NCBI GenBank assembly: GCA_963733675.1 | Contig: CAVTET010000005.1 | Coordinates: forward strand, 32,001-96,000 | Source: an uncultured Methanosarcinaceae archaeon | GTDB lineage: Archaea; Halobacteriota; Methanosarcinia; Methanosarcinales; Methanosarcinaceae | Length of the DNA stretch: 64,000 nt | Direction: 5' to 3' | Shown here: piece by piece, positions 11,134 to 22,716 of the stretch | Position numbering within the stretch: position 1 is the first letter of the stretch | Layout: each line of letters opens with the position of its first letter | Position numbers and translations under genes: made by a program | Notes under the pieces: generated by a model | What the model was told of the DNA's origin: nothing | The model's input: the letters and a program-made list of their open reading frames with translations, nothing else | Databases searched by the model: none

Positions 11134-11835
11134 TCAGTACCCCCGCCTGAGAATAGCTATCAGTTCATCTGCATGTGGCATTCTATCTTCTATTTTTGCG
11201 CAGACTGCATCGATATCGTAATTGAGCCGAAGATGTTCTGTTTTTCCGTTTTCAGTATCAAATACAGCACAGCTTGCTCTGGGGTCTCCATCTCTTGGCT
11301 GCCCCACTGAACCCGGATTTATTATAGTTAGGTTTCCGAGTTTCCGATTCATTTGGATGTGAGGGTGCCCGACAACTAGAAATTCTGCGTCCACTTGCTC
11401 CCTTGCTTCATTTACCATATTCCGGATTTCTTCATCTGGAGTTTCTGGTTTGATATATTCGAACATTGAACGGGGACTTGCATGGGTTAGGTAAAGTTTT
11501 TTTCCTTCTATTTCTTCTTTAATCAGAAATGGGAGTTTCTGCAGATATGTTATTCTAGGTATGTCAAGAACTTTCCATGTATATTTCCTGGTCGCAATTG
11601 ATAGATGCTTATACTTATATCCACATCGGCAGTCTACCTTAAAAGCGACTGCATTATCATGGTTTCCTCTTATTGTTGGGATTACTTTTTCTCGCAAGAG
11701 ATCAATACATTTGTCAGGCTCCGGCCCATAGTCCACAATATCTCCAAGGCAGATGACCCTATCGTGAGGAACTTCAAGAACAGTCTTGAGAGCTTCATAG
11801 TTTGCATGGATGTCAGCAATCAGTAAAAGTTTCAT
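11134..11835 (-). CDS. Metallophosphoesterase (YfcE/MJ0912-like)
   Basis: DIHAN, GDIVDYG, GNHD, GHPH, NPGSVGQPRDG motifs. Confidence 0.9.
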   Translation of the reverse strand: MKLLLIADIHANYEALKTVLEVPHDRVICLGDIVDYGPEPDKCIDLLREKVIPTIRGNHDNAVAFKVDCRCGYKYKHLSIATRKYTWKVLDIPRITYLQKLPFLIKEEIEGKKLYLTHASPRSMFEYIKPETPDEEIRNMVNEAREQVDAEFLVVGHPHIQMNRKLGNLTIINPGSVGQPRDGDPRASCAVFDTENGKTEHLRLNYDIDAVCAKIEDRMPHADELIAILRRGY

Positions 11836-12375
11836 TCTATTTTCTCCTTTCTAAAGCTTATTTATTTCTCTATTAATTTATTACAGACTGAGAAATGGCA
11901 TTAAGATTATTACTGAAAATAAAATCAGCCAAATGACATGGAAGGCCAAATTTTGTCAGCTGTATATAATATGGAGAATAGATAACTCATGAAAATCAGA
12001 GATTTATCAATTATCCATATTTTGTTATAAATAAGGTGCTTATTGGAGGAAAAGTATGTTAAAATATATTGAGTGAGATGAATATAAACGTACAGATATA
12101 ATTATATATATATGCTATACTCTATTTAGAGAAATTATTTACATGTATTCAGTTCTCTATTAATAAGGTGCTCAGGAAAAAAGTTAATAAAGGACAGTAC
12201 ACGAAAAAATGTAAAATAAAAAAGTGTGCATGTGAATTAATACCTGAAACAGACTTTATAAACATCACCTTTAACAACAGAAAAAAATTTTCTGACAAAT
12301 TAAGACGGCAGAGGAATACTAATTTCTAAATGCAAAAGGAAGTTTACTTATACCATTCAGATATCAGGATAAACA

Positions 12376-14856
12376 ATGACTCTCTGGGTCCTAGTCTACG
12401 CTGAAAAATCGAAAATATTAATAATGGCCATAAAGGACCGGAGGAAGCAACCACTTTATATGGCCGAACTCCACGTAAATAGTAGTCATAAAGGACCGAG
12501 ACCTCACAAAATAAGACTCCTAAACGACAAGAAAAAAGAAGAATTTATCCCCCCACAGAAGTTTGTAGAGCTTTTACGCAGTGCAAACAGGATCATGTTT
12601 GCGGAAGGAGGGAATTCTGTAAATGAGGCTAGTTTTCTAGAAATGCTTAAGGGTTTTCAACTCAATGCAGACAGAGTTAAAATCTGCAAACACTGCTGGA
12701 TAAATAAACGTTTCAATTTTACAAATAGTAAGTCTATCAAGTTCCATAATGAACTCATATGTTGGGAATGTGCGAAAGAAGAACTTATGCGAGTAGTCAG
12801 CTCAGCAGATTCACATTACGGAGAAAAATCAGTAAGTTTTCTGGAGAAAGTTCTCTTTAAAACAAAGGATCTGGATAGAACCATAAGAATGCTGAACCCT
12901 GAAAAGCTAGATCCCGAGTTCACCAGGTATGATACTATCAAGACAATTCCTTCTACTACTACATTGAGGGTCGAGGACCTCCCTCTAGAAAAAAATTTTA
13001 AGAATATTCTAAACCAGAAATCAGAAACTCTACTCCCCGTCCAGGCACTGTCTGTAGAAGCCGGGCTTTTGAAAGGAAAAAACCAATTTGTAGTCTCGGC
13101 AACTGCAACTGGGAAAACTCTTATAGGGGAGATGGCAGGAGTCCAAAACCTTTTGGACAAAAAAGGAAAGATGATCTATCTGGTTCCCTTAGTAGCTCTT
13201 GCAAATCAGAAATATGAGCAATTCAAAGAACGCTATTTAAAGCTTGGACTTACTACTTCCATAAAAATTGGTGCAACTCTTATAAAGACATCTACGCGCT
13301 TGAAAATGCAGACCAGTCCGAATGCAGACATACTCATAGGGACTTACGAGGGCGTAGACCATATGCTTCGATCAGGAAACGCCGATTTTTTGGGCAAAAT
13401 AGGAACTGTAGTTGTGGATGAAGTCCATATGCTCGAAGACCAGGAAAGAGGACACAGACTGGACGGGCTGATTGGAAGATTACTTTATGCGGCACCGACA
13501 GCTCAATTTATCTACCTTTCCGCAACCGTTGCGAACCCTGCAGCCTATTCAAAAAAACTTGGAGCTCAGCTTGTCCTTTATGAACACAGACCCGTTCCTA
13601 TCGACAGGCATCTACTTTTCTGCCAGGAAAATGAAAAAGCAAAGCTGATTTCCCAGCTTGCAAAAGAAGAATATTCAATGTTCTCTTCTAAAAATCACAG
13701 GGGACAGACGATTGTCTTTACAAATTCACGTAGAAACTGTCATAGGCTTGCAGGAGCTCTCTCAATCCAAGCAGCTCCCTATCACGCAGGACTTACCCAA
13801 TATGAAAGAAACAAGGTTGAAACTCTCTTTTCAAGAGGACAACTCCCTGTAGTTGTGACAACTGCTGCTCTCGCTGCAGGTGTGGATTTCCCGGCCTCCC
13901 AGGTTATATTTGATACACTCGCAATGGGGATAGAATGGATTTCGGTCCAAGACTTCCTACAAATGAGCGGGAGGGCAGGAAGGCCGGATTACCATGACAG
14001 GGGAATTGTTGTGCTCATACCAGTGCCAGGAAAATCTTATTCAAGTTCCCAACCAGATACAGAAGAAGAAGTCGCAATTAAGCTGCTGCAAGGAGAAATG
14101 CTGTCCATAGGGGTTGAATATGGAGAAGCTGAACAACTTGAAGAAGTTCTTGCATCCGTTGCGGTCACCTCCTCTATCCAGGATCTCAAAAAGATCCACA
14201 GCCTTATGTTCGGAAGCTTCGATCTGGATAAATTGATCTTGCGCCTGCAAAGCTACCGGTTTTTAGAAAAAAAGGGAAACAGGATTACTCTTACTCAACT
14301 AGGGAAAGTTATTGCGGCTCATTTTCTACCTATATCCAAAGCTTTCCTTATTAGGGATGCTGTGCTTGGAGATAATGATTCTCTTAAGATTGCAACAAAC
14401 CTGGAATTTTTCGATGCTGCTTATTTTAAGTATGCAAAACATATCGGAAGCTCCTTGCATGTGAATATGCCTTCAAGGATTTTCCAGGGAGCTACCCTTG
14501 ACATAATCTTTGATGGAGAATCCCTCGACCAGCTTGACACAAAAATTAGGGAGCTCATGTTGAACTTTGCTTCGGACTTTTTAACATGTGCCTGCAAGGA
14601 CTCGCCTTATTGCGGTTGCGCAGAACAGAAATTTTCGGAAAAAATAATCCGGCTGCGTACTGAAGAACTGGATCCGTCACAAATCATAAAAAAACTTGAA
14701 GATAATTACGGAATTTCCGCATACCAGGGCGATATTTTTGGATACCTTGACAATGCAGTGCGTAACCTTGATGCTGTGGAACTGATAGCAAAAGTGTACT
14801 CAAAAAGGAAAGTTGCAGAAGAAGCAAAGAAGCTTAAAAAGAAGATCCAGGGTTGA
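12376..14856 (+). CDS. Superfamily II DEAD/DEAH-box (Ski2-like) helicase with archaeal C-terminal Cys domain (DUF5814 type)
   Basis: ATATGKT, DEVH, LSAT, HAGL, QMSGRAGR; C-terminal CxCxxxPYCGC. Confidence 0.9.
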   Translation: MTLWVLVYAEKSKILIMAIKDRRKQPLYMAELHVNSSHKGPRPHKIRLLNDKKKEEFIPPQKFVELLRSANRIMFAEGGNSVNEASFLEMLKGFQLNADRVKICKHCWINKRFNFTNSKSIKFHNELICWECAKEELMRVVSSADSHYGEKSVSFLEKVLFKTKDLDRTIRMLNPEKLDPEFTRYDTIKTIPSTTTLRVEDLPLEKNFKNILNQKSETLLPVQALSVEAGLLKGKNQFVVSATATGKTLIGEMAGVQNLLDKKGKMIYLVPLVALANQKYEQFKERYLKLGLTTSIKIGATLIKTSTRLKMQTSPNADILIGTYEGVDHMLRSGNADFLGKIGTVVVDEVHMLEDQERGHRLDGLIGRLLYAAPTAQFIYLSATVANPAAYSKKLGAQLVLYEHRPVPIDRHLLFCQENEKAKLISQLAKEEYSMFSSKNHRGQTIVFTNSRRNCHRLAGALSIQAAPYHAGLTQYERNKVETLFSRGQLPVVVTTAALAAGVDFPASQVIFDTLAMGIEWISVQDFLQMSGRAGRPDYHDRGIVVLIPVPGKSYSSSQPDTEEEVAIKLLQGEMLSIGVEYGEAEQLEEVLASVAVTSSIQDLKKIHSLMFGSFDLDKLILRLQSYRFLEKKGNRITLTQLGKVIAAHFLPISKAFLIRDAVLGDNDSLKIATNLEFFDAAYFKYAKHIGSSLHVNMPSRIFQGATLDIIFDGESLDQLDTKIRELMLNFASDFLTCACKDSPYCGCAEQKFSEKIIRLRTEELDPSQIIKKLEDNYGISAYQGDIFGYLDNAVRNLDAVELIAKVYSKRKVAEEAKKLKKKIQG

Positions 14857-15004
14857 AAAACAATAAACTTCTTTGTAGACACTTTTTTGAAGTACCACCC
14901 CACCCCTTATCTGTAACTATTCAATCAATATAAAAACACCAACAACAATTTTTCAAGATTCAATGGCCACATTTTTGAGTTAATTTTGTTAAATTTCAGA
15001 GAAT

Positions 15005-15165
15005 TGAGAGAATCTCTACCCATTTGAGAGTTCGGGAATTTAAATTTATTTGTATTAACTTATATTCAGAATAATTTTTGATGATTTTTCTATTAAAGAA
15101 GAAACAAAAGTCTTCAGTAAGTTGGAGACAAACCTACTGAAATTGGTTCCTTAATTGATTGTAAT
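15005..15165 (+). mobile_element. IS5-family 5' remnant
   Basis: AAAAGTCTTCAGTAAGTTGGAGACAAAC...CTTAATTGATTG matches the IS5 remnants at 42.7 kb and 58.6 kb. Confidence 0.55.
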
Positions 15166-15174
15166 TATTTTTCA

Positions 15175-15515
15175 GTGACTATCAACCTGACAAAAAATTG
15201 CAATAGCGATCTTTACTAAAATTAACTGAGCAAAATATCTGATGGCTTATTTTATACAACTGTTAGCTATTGATCACTCTATCATTTTTCCTTAAATCAA
15301 AAATAAGAAGTATCCTCACACTTTCCACAAACGTACACAAGAATATTATCTATTTTTTCAAGATGACAAAAGTTTAAAAATTAAAATAATTTTCAATGAA
15401 TTATGGTTGGCAAATGTGTAAACAAATTCTACACCTGTGTGCACCAACAAAATTTTGAAACGATAGCAAGGGAATATATAGAATTAAACTGATTTTTGCT
15501 AAGCTGAATTATTAT
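15175..15515. mobile_element. Diverged IS66-like MITE
   Basis: GTGACTATCAACC start and AAGCTGAATTA end; internal similarity to 20241-20436 and 53934-54129. Confidence 0.45.
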
Positions 15516-15632
15516 GTCCTTTTTACGTAAATAAGATTGGTTAAAATAAGAAAAGAACTGCTGTGATCTACAACAGCCAGGTTTTAGCCTTTATTCAGAT
15601 AGAAGTATTTCAAATCTTATGGCTATCAGTAC

Positions 15633-17111
15633 TTATATTCTGCATATTTCACTCTTTTTGAGCCAGTCAATATCGGATTGGTAAAGAAGCCTCAGGTCTT
15701 TAAGTCCTAATTTAAGCATTGCGAGTCTGCTGACCCCTAATCCCCAGGCAAGAACTGGTTCTTTGATCCTGAAAGGTTCAGTGACCTCTTTTCTGAAAAC
15801 CCCTGCGCCTCCAAGTTCAACCCAGCCGAGGTCGTCTACATAAACCTCTGGTTCCACACTCGGCTCGGTATATGGAAAATATCCCGGACGGAAGCGAACA
15901 TCCTCGAATCCCATCCTATGATAGAATTCTGTCAGCAGCCCGAGCAAGTCTGCAAAGGACATTTCTTTATCCATAACAACTCCTTCAAGCTGCTCGAATT
16001 CAGGAGTATGGGTAGAGTCAATTGTTTCCCTGCGGTAAGCTCTATCAATGCAGAAGACCTTTACCGGAGGTTCTGGATTGTCAGCAAGATATTTGATAGT
16101 GATTGCAGTTGTATGGGTCCTCAGAACATTGCGTCTGGCAAGATCCCTATCCCAGATACCATCCCACCCACATGAATCAATATCTCCGCCGCACTCATGC
16201 ATTGCAGCTACTTTTTCTGAATATTCAGCTGGGAGCTGACAGTTACTAGCCAGATGGAAGGTATCCTGCATGTCTCTTGCTGGGTGGTCCTGGGGCTGGA
16301 AAAGGGCATCGAAGTTCCAGAAAGAACTTTGAATGATTTCGCCCTTGATCTCAGTGAAGCCCATTTCCAGGAAAATCTGGCGCATCTTTTCTATAAGGCG
16401 CCTATAAGGGTGTATCTTAGCCCCATAGAGAGGGATAGGAGTCATATCAAGCCGATAGGACTTAAATTTTTTTCCTTTCCAAGATCCACTCTTAAGTAAT
16501 TCGGATGTGATCTGGGCAATTTCCTCTTCGAGGATAATACCCTTAGCTGCGAGAGCACTTCCCATAGAAGTTATGGAAACAGTCCTGAATTTTTCCTCGT
16601 GCTTTGTGACAAGTTTGCGCTTGAGAAGGTCTTTTACTGCTCCTTCACCGTCCACAAGTTCTCCGATAATTTGTACTTTGTTTTTAAAAGCTGTAAGGGC
16701 TTCTTCATCTTTTCCAGCCTCAGCTTTTCCAGATGGCACCATTAGTCCGTTTTCAACTTTTGCCCACCCCTTTTTTACGATCCATCCGACTGCAATACCT
16801 ACCATCTGCGGAGAAAAGTAGCTTTTTAATTCTTCAAGAGAAGTAGGGGCTTTTAGGATGTCAATAATCTGGCGCTCTGGAAGCCCATTTTTTGTGTATT
16901 CTTCTCCTTCTTTTGTAAGGAAGTAACTTTCAAGCACCTTTTCGGAAACTGAAACCAATCCCTTTTCCGCAAGCATGAAAGCTGCCTGCATTGCCGCATC
17001 TACCTGAAGCCCTGATTTTTCCTCTAGGTCTTCAGGTACTGTAGACCTTAGTTTCTCAAGAGCAAGCAATACTTTTTTCTCGTTAGTTGTGAGATTTTCC
17101 TGAAAACTCAT
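15633..17111 (-). CDS. pheS: Phenylalanine--tRNA ligase alpha subunit (archaeal long form)
   Basis: [55 protein letters not shown]. Confidence 0.97.
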   Translation of the reverse strand: MSFQENLTTNEKKVLLALEKLRSTVPEDLEEKSGLQVDAAMQAAFMLAEKGLVSVSEKVLESYFLTKEGEEYTKNGLPERQIIDILKAPTSLEELKSYFSPQMVGIAVGWIVKKGWAKVENGLMVPSGKAEAGKDEEALTAFKNKVQIIGELVDGEGAVKDLLKRKLVTKHEEKFRTVSITSMGSALAAKGIILEEEIAQITSELLKSGSWKGKKFKSYRLDMTPIPLYGAKIHPYRRLIEKMRQIFLEMGFTEIKGEIIQSSFWNFDALFQPQDHPARDMQDTFHLASNCQLPAEYSEKVAAMHECGGDIDSCGWDGIWDRDLARRNVLRTHTTAITIKYLADNPEPPVKVFCIDRAYRRETIDSTHTPEFEQLEGVVMDKEMSFADLLGLLTEFYHRMGFEDVRFRPGYFPYTEPSVEPEVYVDDLGWVELGGAGVFRKEVTEPFRIKEPVLAWGLGVSRLAMLKLGLKDLRLLYQSDIDWLKKSEICRI

Positions 17112-17182
17112 TCGTGATCACATTCTTATAGTCTAAAAATATTGGAACTTTGAGATTACAAGCATTATATTTAATTAGAAAT

Positions 17183-18673
17183 TTAGTTTTTGTATATGAT
17201 ATTATATTCATCGAGGTGTTCACGCGCAAGTTCCCGCTTTTCCCAATGATCCTTTAATAGCTCATATATCTTTTCTGCTGCAAATTGCTTGCATGAGCCG
17301 CACATCCTCGTTCCTGAGATGCATTCCTGTTTGACCTCTAGCAATTCGTTATCATCTTCAAGCAGATGAAAGAGCATGAGTTCGAAAACTGAGCATTCTT
17401 CAGGATTTCCACCTTTTTTTTTCTGTTCTTCGAGAGTCACACAGCCTCCAGTCTTTGCTTTCTTCACTTTTTTTGCCCCTTCCTTGGGATCATCAGTGAG
17501 AGCTATATAGCTGTCTGGAACGCTGCTAGACATTTTACCACCCTGGAGACCACTCATGAATAGGTGGTAAGTAGAAGCAGGAGGAATGAAAGCATAGCCT
17601 CCAAATTCGGTAGCCACCTCGCTTACAATTTCGTTTAACAACCTTCTGAAAAGCTTCGATATTTGTTTTTGAACTAAATGTTTTTCGTAGTAAATGAATG
17701 TATAAGGGCTAATTTCATTAATAAAGACTGCCACTTCTTCAATTTTATTTAAATAATACTTTCGCCGATCTCGTTGACTAATTTCTAAACCAAATTTCTC
17801 TAGCAATGAGAAATCAGGGACCTCGAGTACATCTAGGTGCTCTTCATATAGCTTTATTTTACACGGGATACGAGTATTGAGCTCCTTTAAAGCCTCTTTA
17901 GATGCACTCTTTCCACGGATACTCAGATATTTTCTACCTATCTTTGCATCTTCCCGTTCTTCCACTCTAAACATATTCATCTTGCCTGCAAGCCCTCGAG
18001 TTAGCCTAATGTGAGGGTCCTGGTCAGGCCCGACAGGAATTACAACTGGTTTTGGCCCTCCGAACTCTTCGAGCTGGGGTTGAAGAATATCTGCAGCCTG
18101 GGTTGTTACACTTAACATATGCGAGAGGTTCGTTTCTCCTGAAAAACCATAAATAGCCCCTAGTTCCGAGAAATTAACCTTAACCCCAAGTTCAAATGCC
18201 AGATCCTTAACGCTGTTGCAACCTGACTGGAAGTAAATTAGTCCGTCTGGCTTGAAACCGAGAGCAATAAGACTTAATATATATTCTTCTAACCCTATTT
18301 TACTACATTTCTGCCAGGGAAAACCACGCACTGAAAATGCTTCCCTGTCCGCAATTCCAACAAAAGCACTAGCTCCCTTTTCCTGGTGCCAGATTATCTG
18401 GTCCATAACCATTTTGTGTCCCAAGTGAACTTTTCCTGAGGGCATAAAACCGTCCATGACCGAAAATGGAGCATCTGTACGCATTGCTTCTACAATTTGT
18501 TCGTAATCACGGTGACCGAAGATAACTTTCCTACTCATGTACTTGTGTGGGCAAGGAACTTCTGGAAGCAGGTTTTCAAAAGGAGAAATCCCGAATTCTT
18601 CGAATAACTTGGAATAGTCAGCGATGTCGCTTGAATTCCACGGATCAATTTTAGTATTCATGAAATACCTCAT
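17183..18673 (-). CDS. trpS: Tryptophan--tRNA ligase
   Basis: [12 protein letters not shown] (HIGH), QAADIL, DQDPH, KMSSS. Confidence 0.95.
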   Translation of the reverse strand: MRYFMNTKIDPWNSSDIADYSKLFEEFGISPFENLLPEVPCPHKYMSRKVIFGHRDYEQIVEAMRTDAPFSVMDGFMPSGKVHLGHKMVMDQIIWHQEKGASAFVGIADREAFSVRGFPWQKCSKIGLEEYILSLIALGFKPDGLIYFQSGCNSVKDLAFELGVKVNFSELGAIYGFSGETNLSHMLSVTTQAADILQPQLEEFGGPKPVVIPVGPDQDPHIRLTRGLAGKMNMFRVEEREDAKIGRKYLSIRGKSASKEALKELNTRIPCKIKLYEEHLDVLEVPDFSLLEKFGLEISQRDRRKYYLNKIEEVAVFINEISPYTFIYYEKHLVQKQISKLFRRLLNEIVSEVATEFGGYAFIPPASTYHLFMSGLQGGKMSSSVPDSYIALTDDPKEGAKKVKKAKTGGCVTLEEQKKKGGNPEECSVFELMLFHLLEDDNELLEVKQECISGTRMCGSCKQFAAEKIYELLKDHWEKRELAREHLDEYNIIYKN

Positions 18674-19007
18674 TGCTGCCTTTTGGTGGAATGCCTTCTT
18701 AAGGCAGCTTTCTCTTGTTGAACATAGTTGGGGATATAAAAGTCATTCCAGCAAAATTGCTCTTTAAAAATACCTGCTCATATGTAAATGTTTATCCTCT
18801 GGAACACAAGTCCCGATATCAACACTCAATTAATTCTCAATCATCGAATTTAAACTTGGGTCATTTATTCCAGTATGTTGTCTTGAATGCAAAACTGAAG
18901 AATATAGCTCTCAAAGTAAAAATTAGCATTTCAAAAACTTAGAAAAATGGACTTGTCATCAAGGATATGCATCTCTCCACTATAGTAAACTCAGCAATTA
19001 ATTGCAG

Positions 19008-19273
19008 AAGATTTCGACAAACCCTTAAATTTAGTCATTTGCTGATAAATGATATATAAAAGGCTTATAAAAATCAAAGGTTTATCGAAATCGCATATAA
19101 AATAATGTTTAATAGGTGATGTATTTTCTTTAATTCCTTTTCCAAGTTTTTTGAAAATATTTATTAGATTGTCAGATATTCTATAGAAAATTTCGATAAA
19201 CCTCTAATTTCAACAAATTGTATATATAGGCTTTACAAACAACCAGCAGAAAATTGAGGTTTATCTAAATCCT
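19008..19273. mobile_element. Two tandem ~85-90 bp IS5-derived MITEs (19008-19093, 19183-19273)
   Basis: Each bounded by ATTTCGA(C/T)AAACC ... GGTTTATC(G/T)AAAT; similar motif forms the left end of the IS5 remnant at 42670. Confidence 0.55.
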
Positions 19274-19769
19274 TTTAAGTTTTGATATTGTTGCTGGGCC
19301 AACCAGAAAAATTAAAATGATTATGAAAGTTATACTGCTCAAGGGGTAGGTGGTATCGCATACTTGATGCAAATTCCAAGTTGAATCTCTGGATACTATA
19401 TGTTTTTTGTTTATTCCGAAGTGTATTTAACCTACTCATAACTTTTTTGAGCATATGATTTAGCAGAAAAATCAACACACTTCCTACAGTCCTAATAGTG
19501 CACTAATCCAGACAGCACGATCTCTGGAAACCATCTGGATTTTACTGAGGTTCTGGGTTTTAAAGTTGTCTGCCTTGAAGCAAAATCGATGCTATAACCC
19601 CTAATTGCAGCTGAAAAGCTTTATTGAAAACAGAATCTTGAAAAAAAAGAGGGAATACAAAAATTCAATTCCGATATCTTGGAAAGGAGCTTAGTATTAA
19701 TAAATTGAAGAAATTTGTAAATTGTAAAAACTTTCAGAAATTTACTATTGATATAACAAAAATTTGGTT

Positions 19770-19847
19770 TGGTGCTCCGGCCGGGATTCGAACCCGAGTC
19801 TTCGGCTCGAAAGGCCGGAATGATTGGCCGGACTACACTACCGGAGC
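19770..19847 (-). tRNA. tRNA-Glu(TTC), CCA encoded
   Basis: GCTCCGGTAGTGTAGTCCGGCCAATCATTCCGGCCT-TTC-GAGCCGAAGACTCGGGTTCGAATCCCGGCCGGAGCACCA cloverleaf. Confidence 0.97.
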
Positions 19848-20044
19848 ACGTTGCATCTTGCAGCGAGACCTTCATTATATGTTTGCAATATATAAATCTA
19901 TCCATCATAAAGTTATTTTTATTGATTTTACTACTCAGAGAGAATTTTATAAAAATAGTCTCCAGAGTAAATTATTGTACTTTTTTATAGTTTTATTTGA
20001 CTTGTCAGTAACTCAAGCCAATGCATTATAATAATTCGACTCTA

Positions 20045-20113
20045 TGCTTCTGCTAGGATAAAAATCCGAATTTTCAGTTTTAAAGGCTAGAATAATCGGG
20101 GTGGACTACAATA
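20045..20113 (-). pseudogene. Decayed duplicate of the adjacent tRNA-Glu
   Basis: Colinear alignment with 19773-19840 (TGCT..G..GGAT..AA.CCGA.T.TTC.G.T..AAAGGC..GAAT.AT.GG..GGACTACA), changes mostly toward A/T. Confidence 0.7.
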
Positions 20114-20240
20114 AATCTTTTTGTTATTTGCATTTTTAACCTTGTTTAAGGGTATTCTTTAATAAGGAATAAATTTATAAGCAGTTATGGGCGTTCGATT
20201 TTCTAACTATATGTTGTTTTTATACAGTTATTAACTATTT

Positions 20241-20436
20241 GTGACTATTCAGCCTGGAAAAAACAATACCAATATTCATCTTTACCAAGATTCACTGAGC
20301 TAATACAGTAGGGTGTATTTTATTTAACTGTTGGCTATTGAAGTTATTTTGTAGTTATCAATCAGTTAGTAATCAGAAGCATTAAATTATATCAAAATAG
20401 ATATCATTAACTGATTTTCTGTAAGCTGAATGTTTA
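20241..20436. mobile_element. IS66-like MITE (~195 bp)
   Basis: GTGACTATTCAGCC ... AGCTGAAT ends; colinear with 53934-54129. Confidence 0.6.
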
Positions 20437-20445
20437 AAGACTTTT

Positions 20446-20850
20446 TCAGATGTTTTCTCCAACTTCGCCAATATTTTCAAAAATCGGTTCTATTTCATCG
20501 ATTTCTTCCGATTTTCTAGCTTCTTCTTCCATTAGTTTTCCTATCCATTCGCTTAACCTCCCACAGTATTCGGGCTCGCAGTCACAGGTACAGCCAGTGC
20601 AAGCTGAAAACATTTTCCCTGCAAGTAGGAGGTCATATTTCTCCTTAATCTCTTCTTTTGCTTTCAAGAGGTATGTTCTTGCCCCATTCGAGACACCGAC
20701 TTCACGGATAATAAGATCTTTATCCAGAAGCTTTTTTATGATTCTGGAACATTTTCTGCTGTCTATTTGCAGCTCTTTCCAGATGACATTCTGGAAAACT
20801 CCTTCCGTGTGTTTTTTTATGATATTATATGTTTCTTCTTCAAGATCCAT
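20446..20850 (-). CDS. Winged-helix protein with C-terminal Cys cluster (RPC34/TFE-beta-like)
   Basis: GVFQNVIWKEL.IDSRKCSRII..L wHTH plus CTGCxxDCEPEYCGRL; adjacent to the Lsm gene. Confidence 0.7.
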   Translation of the reverse strand: MDLEEETYNIIKKHTEGVFQNVIWKELQIDSRKCSRIIKKLLDKDLIIREVGVSNGARTYLLKAKEEIKEKYDLLLAGKMFSACTGCTCDCEPEYCGRLSEWIGKLMEEEARKSEEIDEIEPIFENIGEVGENI

Positions 20851-20883
20851 GATTCCACACTTAATTTTATTCCTTGTGAAGTT

Positions 20884-21108
20884 TTATTCTTCTACAGGAG
20901 TAATCAGTATGATGTTATTGCCCCGAAGCACAACAGAACCAAGGGAGCGAACTTTTTCTCCTTTTACAATTTCCATGGTGTCCAATAGATGCAGGTTCAT
21001 ATAATCATCAACACTCTTAAGAGTACCTTCAAGCAGATTAAAATCGCCTTTCATTTCTACCTGGATCCTGGATCCAACAATTTTCTGAACTTTTTTATTT
21101 GGGAACAA
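20884..21108 (-). CDS. Sm/Lsm-like RNA-binding protein
   Basis: Sm1 GTLKSVDDYMNLHL and Sm2 VVLRGNNI motifs. Confidence 0.92.
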   Translation of the reverse strand: MFPNKKVQKIVGSRIQVEMKGDFNLLEGTLKSVDDYMNLHLLDTMEIVKGEKVRSLGSVVLRGNNIILITPVEE

Positions 21109-21438
21109 ATTTAAACCCTCACTTAGTTATTCCTGGTTCCCGTACTCTCGGGTTCCTGCTTTTCACATTCCAAAGCTAGTGCGAGCAAACCTTATCAGAA
21201 TAATATACACTATTTTTAGCATGGTGCCCCTATCAAAGGCTCCTACAAGCAACTGAAAATTACTCTGAATCTTCACTTCACCGACTTTGAGGAAAACTAA
21301 AAATTACATACCCTTTACAGAGATATATAACCATCGATATCCATAGGTCCTTAAATATCTGTCAGTTCAAGTAGCTCTATTCAAAAATGAGATATCAAAC
21401 ATCAAGGCGTAGAAGCAACTATTGTATCTTTTATCCTA

Positions 21439-21837
21439 TCAGATGTAACCCTTAATTTCCGTAGATTCGTCACCATACTTTGTAGATTCTTTACTCGATA
21501 CTTGAATCGCTCTTGCGATGGGTCCAAAGACAGATTCGTATTCATTAATATGCTGAGTAAGCCAACGATTAAGTTCAAGAGCAGCAACAGGAGAGAGAAT
21601 TACTTCAGTTTCAACACGCCTTTCAACAATCCTAGAATCTGGAACATCCCCAAACATCTTTGGAGTATCATTGTAAAAACCAATCCTGAAATCATATGGA
21701 CTATGCCCGCCTGCAGCTCCTATGGCATATATCTGCTTGAAACATTCAGCTTTCACAAATTCAATTATAATACCTTTTTTATCATTTTTGAAATCTGCGT
21801 TTTCGATATTTTTTCTGGACTCTGAATCCTCGGCCAT
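21439..21837 (-). CDS. Conserved hypothetical protein (DUF3467-like)
   Basis: IYAIGAAGGHSPYDFRIGFY...VILSP...YESVFGPI; GAGGT RBS. Confidence 0.65.
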   Translation of the reverse strand: MAEDSESRKNIENADFKNDKKGIIIEFVKAECFKQIYAIGAAGGHSPYDFRIGFYNDTPKMFGDVPDSRIVERRVETEVILSPVAALELNRWLTQHINEYESVFGPIARAIQVSSKESTKYGDESTEIKGYI

Positions 21838-22716
21838 AAAATTACCTCTATATTTTGCTCTAAAAACTATTTCTTAGATTAAGCTCTAATCTCATATAAT
21901 ATCCAAGATATCTGGTTTTCATGCTTGAATGTATGAGCCGAACTATAAGTTGAGATATAATTAATCATCTACGATTTATGCGGTTGCACTTTTTGCTATT
22001 TTTATACTGGTAAATTTCGTTATAAAAGGCTTTCCATATTTCAAAATGATCATTCATCTCCGAATTTCACTTGTTTTATTTGTTGTTTTTATGCAATGAT
22101 CAGATTAAAACATCGATAGATTATGTGGTAACACTTTATTGTTATCTCGTGTACTATTTTACTAGCTTAATTGTGAGTACACTTTTATAATTAATTGAAC
22201 AAAAACAAAGATTACGGATATAAGCAAAGAGAAATTGTCTCTACATAGCTTGAAGAAGAAAGGAGACAAAAACAAGAATTATCCATGTTTCATACTTGGT
22301 TCAATCACCACAATCAGAATTGGAGCTATTGGAATAGACATCCCACAGATGAACACATATGCACATAGATGTATAATTCTATTTATCTGTTTGACTACTA
22401 TTATCTATTGGTCATCGGTTAAGGAATTTTCCTGCCTGATAGTCTCGAGTTCAAGGCAAAAATTAATCACAAGTTTTGATCACTTAAATTGAAATCAGTA
22501 TAAATATTTCAACTTTACATTATGAGTAATTTGAAAAGTTTGAAAATCGATGTAATTTAGCACGATTCCTCACTTAAACAATGATGTATGAAATTCAATT
22601 AGACATTAACCTTATATGATGGTACTTTATCCTAGCTGTGGGACCAAATTTAATTTGAAGGCATTCTCTAATAAATGAACAATATTTATATATGGCTAAA
22701 GTACATTTAAATTTCA

